A stretch of DNA of 64,000 nt. Source: Laetmonice hystrix (lineage: Eukaryota). Made by a program: the position numbers and the translations under genes. The stretch is taken from positions 7,626,001 through 7,690,000 of the forward strand of contig OZ249437.1 in assembly GCA_965235115.1 (NCBI GenBank), read 5' to 3'. Below are positions 61,996 through 64,000 of the stretch, piece by piece. The notes under the pieces are model-generated. The model made no database searches, was not told where the DNA came from, and saw only the letters and a program-made list of their open reading frames with translations. Within the stretch, counting starts at the first letter, position 1; each line of letters opens with the position of its first letter.

Positions 61996-63905
61996 TTGCC
62001 ACCTTGCTGCGAGGTTTTGGGGAGAAGTCTGATTTCTGCCTTTTTTCCCGTCTTTCCAAACGTTCATGTGCAACTTTTCTCACAGCATCTTGTGTATCCA
62101 ACATCATTCTGCAGAACTGCACAAAAAGGGAGAAAAATCTCTTATCATTATTCAAACTTTGGAAGTCTGCATTTTTAATAACCGACCAGTGATGAAATGT
62201 GATGGTAATATGACATCAAATTACCGATTCATGAAAACAATGGGAGTTAAATAATTTGGTCGAGAGTCTATTTCCTGAATTTATCATACATCTGAGCTAG
62301 TGAACTTTCTTTCTTTTTTTTTCATTACCTACCAGGGGTATTTACAGATATAATTACCAACTTTTTATAGTGAGTAGGGTATCTTTGTATCCAGTTAATA
62401 CTGATAATTTATTTTCAAAGTTTTACCACAGACATAAAGCACCGGCAACCTTTTCCATCATGGTATCACTTTAGAAGCAACAACAGATCACAATCTGGTG
62501 GATCTGCACAATATTAATGAGCATGCACTGATAATATGGGGAATTCAGTATGCATGTAAGGATATTACAAAATTCTTTTTTTCAAATTCTGTACTCTACA
62601 GTTACTCTGCCTTATAGCATCAAAAGGTTAATGAAATGCTAAGCTCAGTGCGACTATGTCTGATGGTCCCCCAGGCTAGTAGCTGCCCAAATCTTCATAA
62701 GACTAGCTAAACATTACTACATTGTAATACCTGATAGTACTGACGTAATTTATACAAATCTCTATTTTTGAAACAGCTGTGTGCAAATTTTCCTGGAAAG
62801 ATCTTCAATGAAAATTTCACATCCCCCCCCCATATTTTTCTTAGAAAACAAATATCCCAAATACACAATGTACCATTACTTTACCTCAAAATTTTACTGA
62901 CAAAACTAGAAAGGTTCACTGGTTCTTTCATTATCCACGTTTCAAGATCTACTGTCATTTCATTCTATAAGCACTCTTCCTCAAGATCCAGCTTTTCTGA
63001 AGCAGTAACCACTACAGTCTTAACATTTTGAAAGTAATTTTCCTTCTGTTTCAGTGACGACTGACATACTTTCAGCCAACAAAAAGCAAATCATACATCT
63101 TTGAAATTTCTTTAAAAACTGGCTGAAACAGCAAAACAAGTCTTCAGACATCCGCCCCTCCCTCCATTCAAACAAGATTTTTTAATGCCCTATCAACCCA
63201 AAACTTTTGAAGACATTTCTTTCTTTTTACACATAAGTTTTAGGTGGTGGTGAACATGGAACTAACAATTTGAACTGCACCTATCGAAACAGATGATAGC
63301 AAAATCTCATGCTCAAAGCAAAGGTTCAAAGAGAACTGACCACAATTTGTCACCAAAGTCATGCAAACAGAAATATATAGTTCATACCTTCTCATAGAGA
63401 AATCTTCCCTGGCAGAGACAGTTGGAGAAAAGTGAGTGAGTAAAAGTAGTGTCACATGCCCGTGCTAAGAGAAGCTACGATTTATGTGAGAATAGTGATG
63501 TAAAATTTGGTTGGCAAAACCACAGGTGTTTGCCGACATGCAGCATCAGGACAGCTGTGACCATAAGGCTTCAATTTTAAAATATGCATGTATTTTCTTT
63601 GGAGGTAATTCTTCATGAAATCTTTACGAGCTTCAAACAGAAAATCATCAAAAATGGAGCCCTTCAACTTAAATCTAGATTGTGGCTTAATAACATGGCA
63701 CTTAAACCTATTTTGAACATATCCTAAATAATAGGAACCAAGTGTGAAAGACCAACTTAAATTATTCCTTTAGGAAAGATTTCATGCATGTTTGGGAGAA
63801 AGTAAAAATGCCACCTACCTCCTCATAATCTAACTTCCCATCCCCATTCTCATCGACCTCGTCAATGATAGCTTGAACTTCACTCTTGCTCATCTTGTCA
63901 CCTCT
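61996..63905 (-). CDS. EFCAB7: EFCAB7 N-terminal EF-hand exons; gene continues beyond the right edge
   Basis: 63905-63819 RGDKMSKSEVQAIIDEVDENGDGKLDYEE and 62116-61996 FCRMMLDTQDAVRKVAHERLE... match the EFCAB7 RGEKMT.EEV..II...D.N.DGK.DY / FC segment. Phases are consistent. Confidence 0.85.
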
Positions 63906-64000
63906 CTGTCACACATCAAAAAGTAGAAAACAGGTAAACTTTCGCTCAGGTACTTTTCCCAACTCGAAATATAAAAAAAAGTCTGTAAGACAGACAACTG

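Overview
Eukaryotic (metazoan) genomic DNA with GT-AG introns; an invertebrate deuterostome, probably an echinoderm, is my inference. I see no rRNA, tRNA or CRISPR features. Five intron-containing genes were reconstructed by hand from translation and splice phase: SMPDL3-type acid sphingomyelinase-like (-, only the first 4 exons found, 18826-15886), NDUFB6 (+, 19983-23104, head-to-head with SMPDL3), CRCP/RPC9 (-, 24779-24042), a CRAL-TRIO/alpha-tocopherol-transfer-like gene (-, 35819-28748) and EFCAB7 (-, from beyond 63905 to 40314). Introns and spacers are full of MITEs, a foldback element, a probable solo LTR and minisatellites. Most unusual: two minisatellites in EFCAB7 whose units span an intron/exon junction. 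The 60-bp array gives 12 in-frame 3' splice sites; the 102-107-bp array gives 6 acceptors, only the last productive. Also notable: an array of short stem-loops with a compensatory change (0.86-2.07 kb), and decayed intronless coding-like frames at 7.7-15 kb that I cannot identify. All coordinates and counts are hand-derived and may be off by a few bases.
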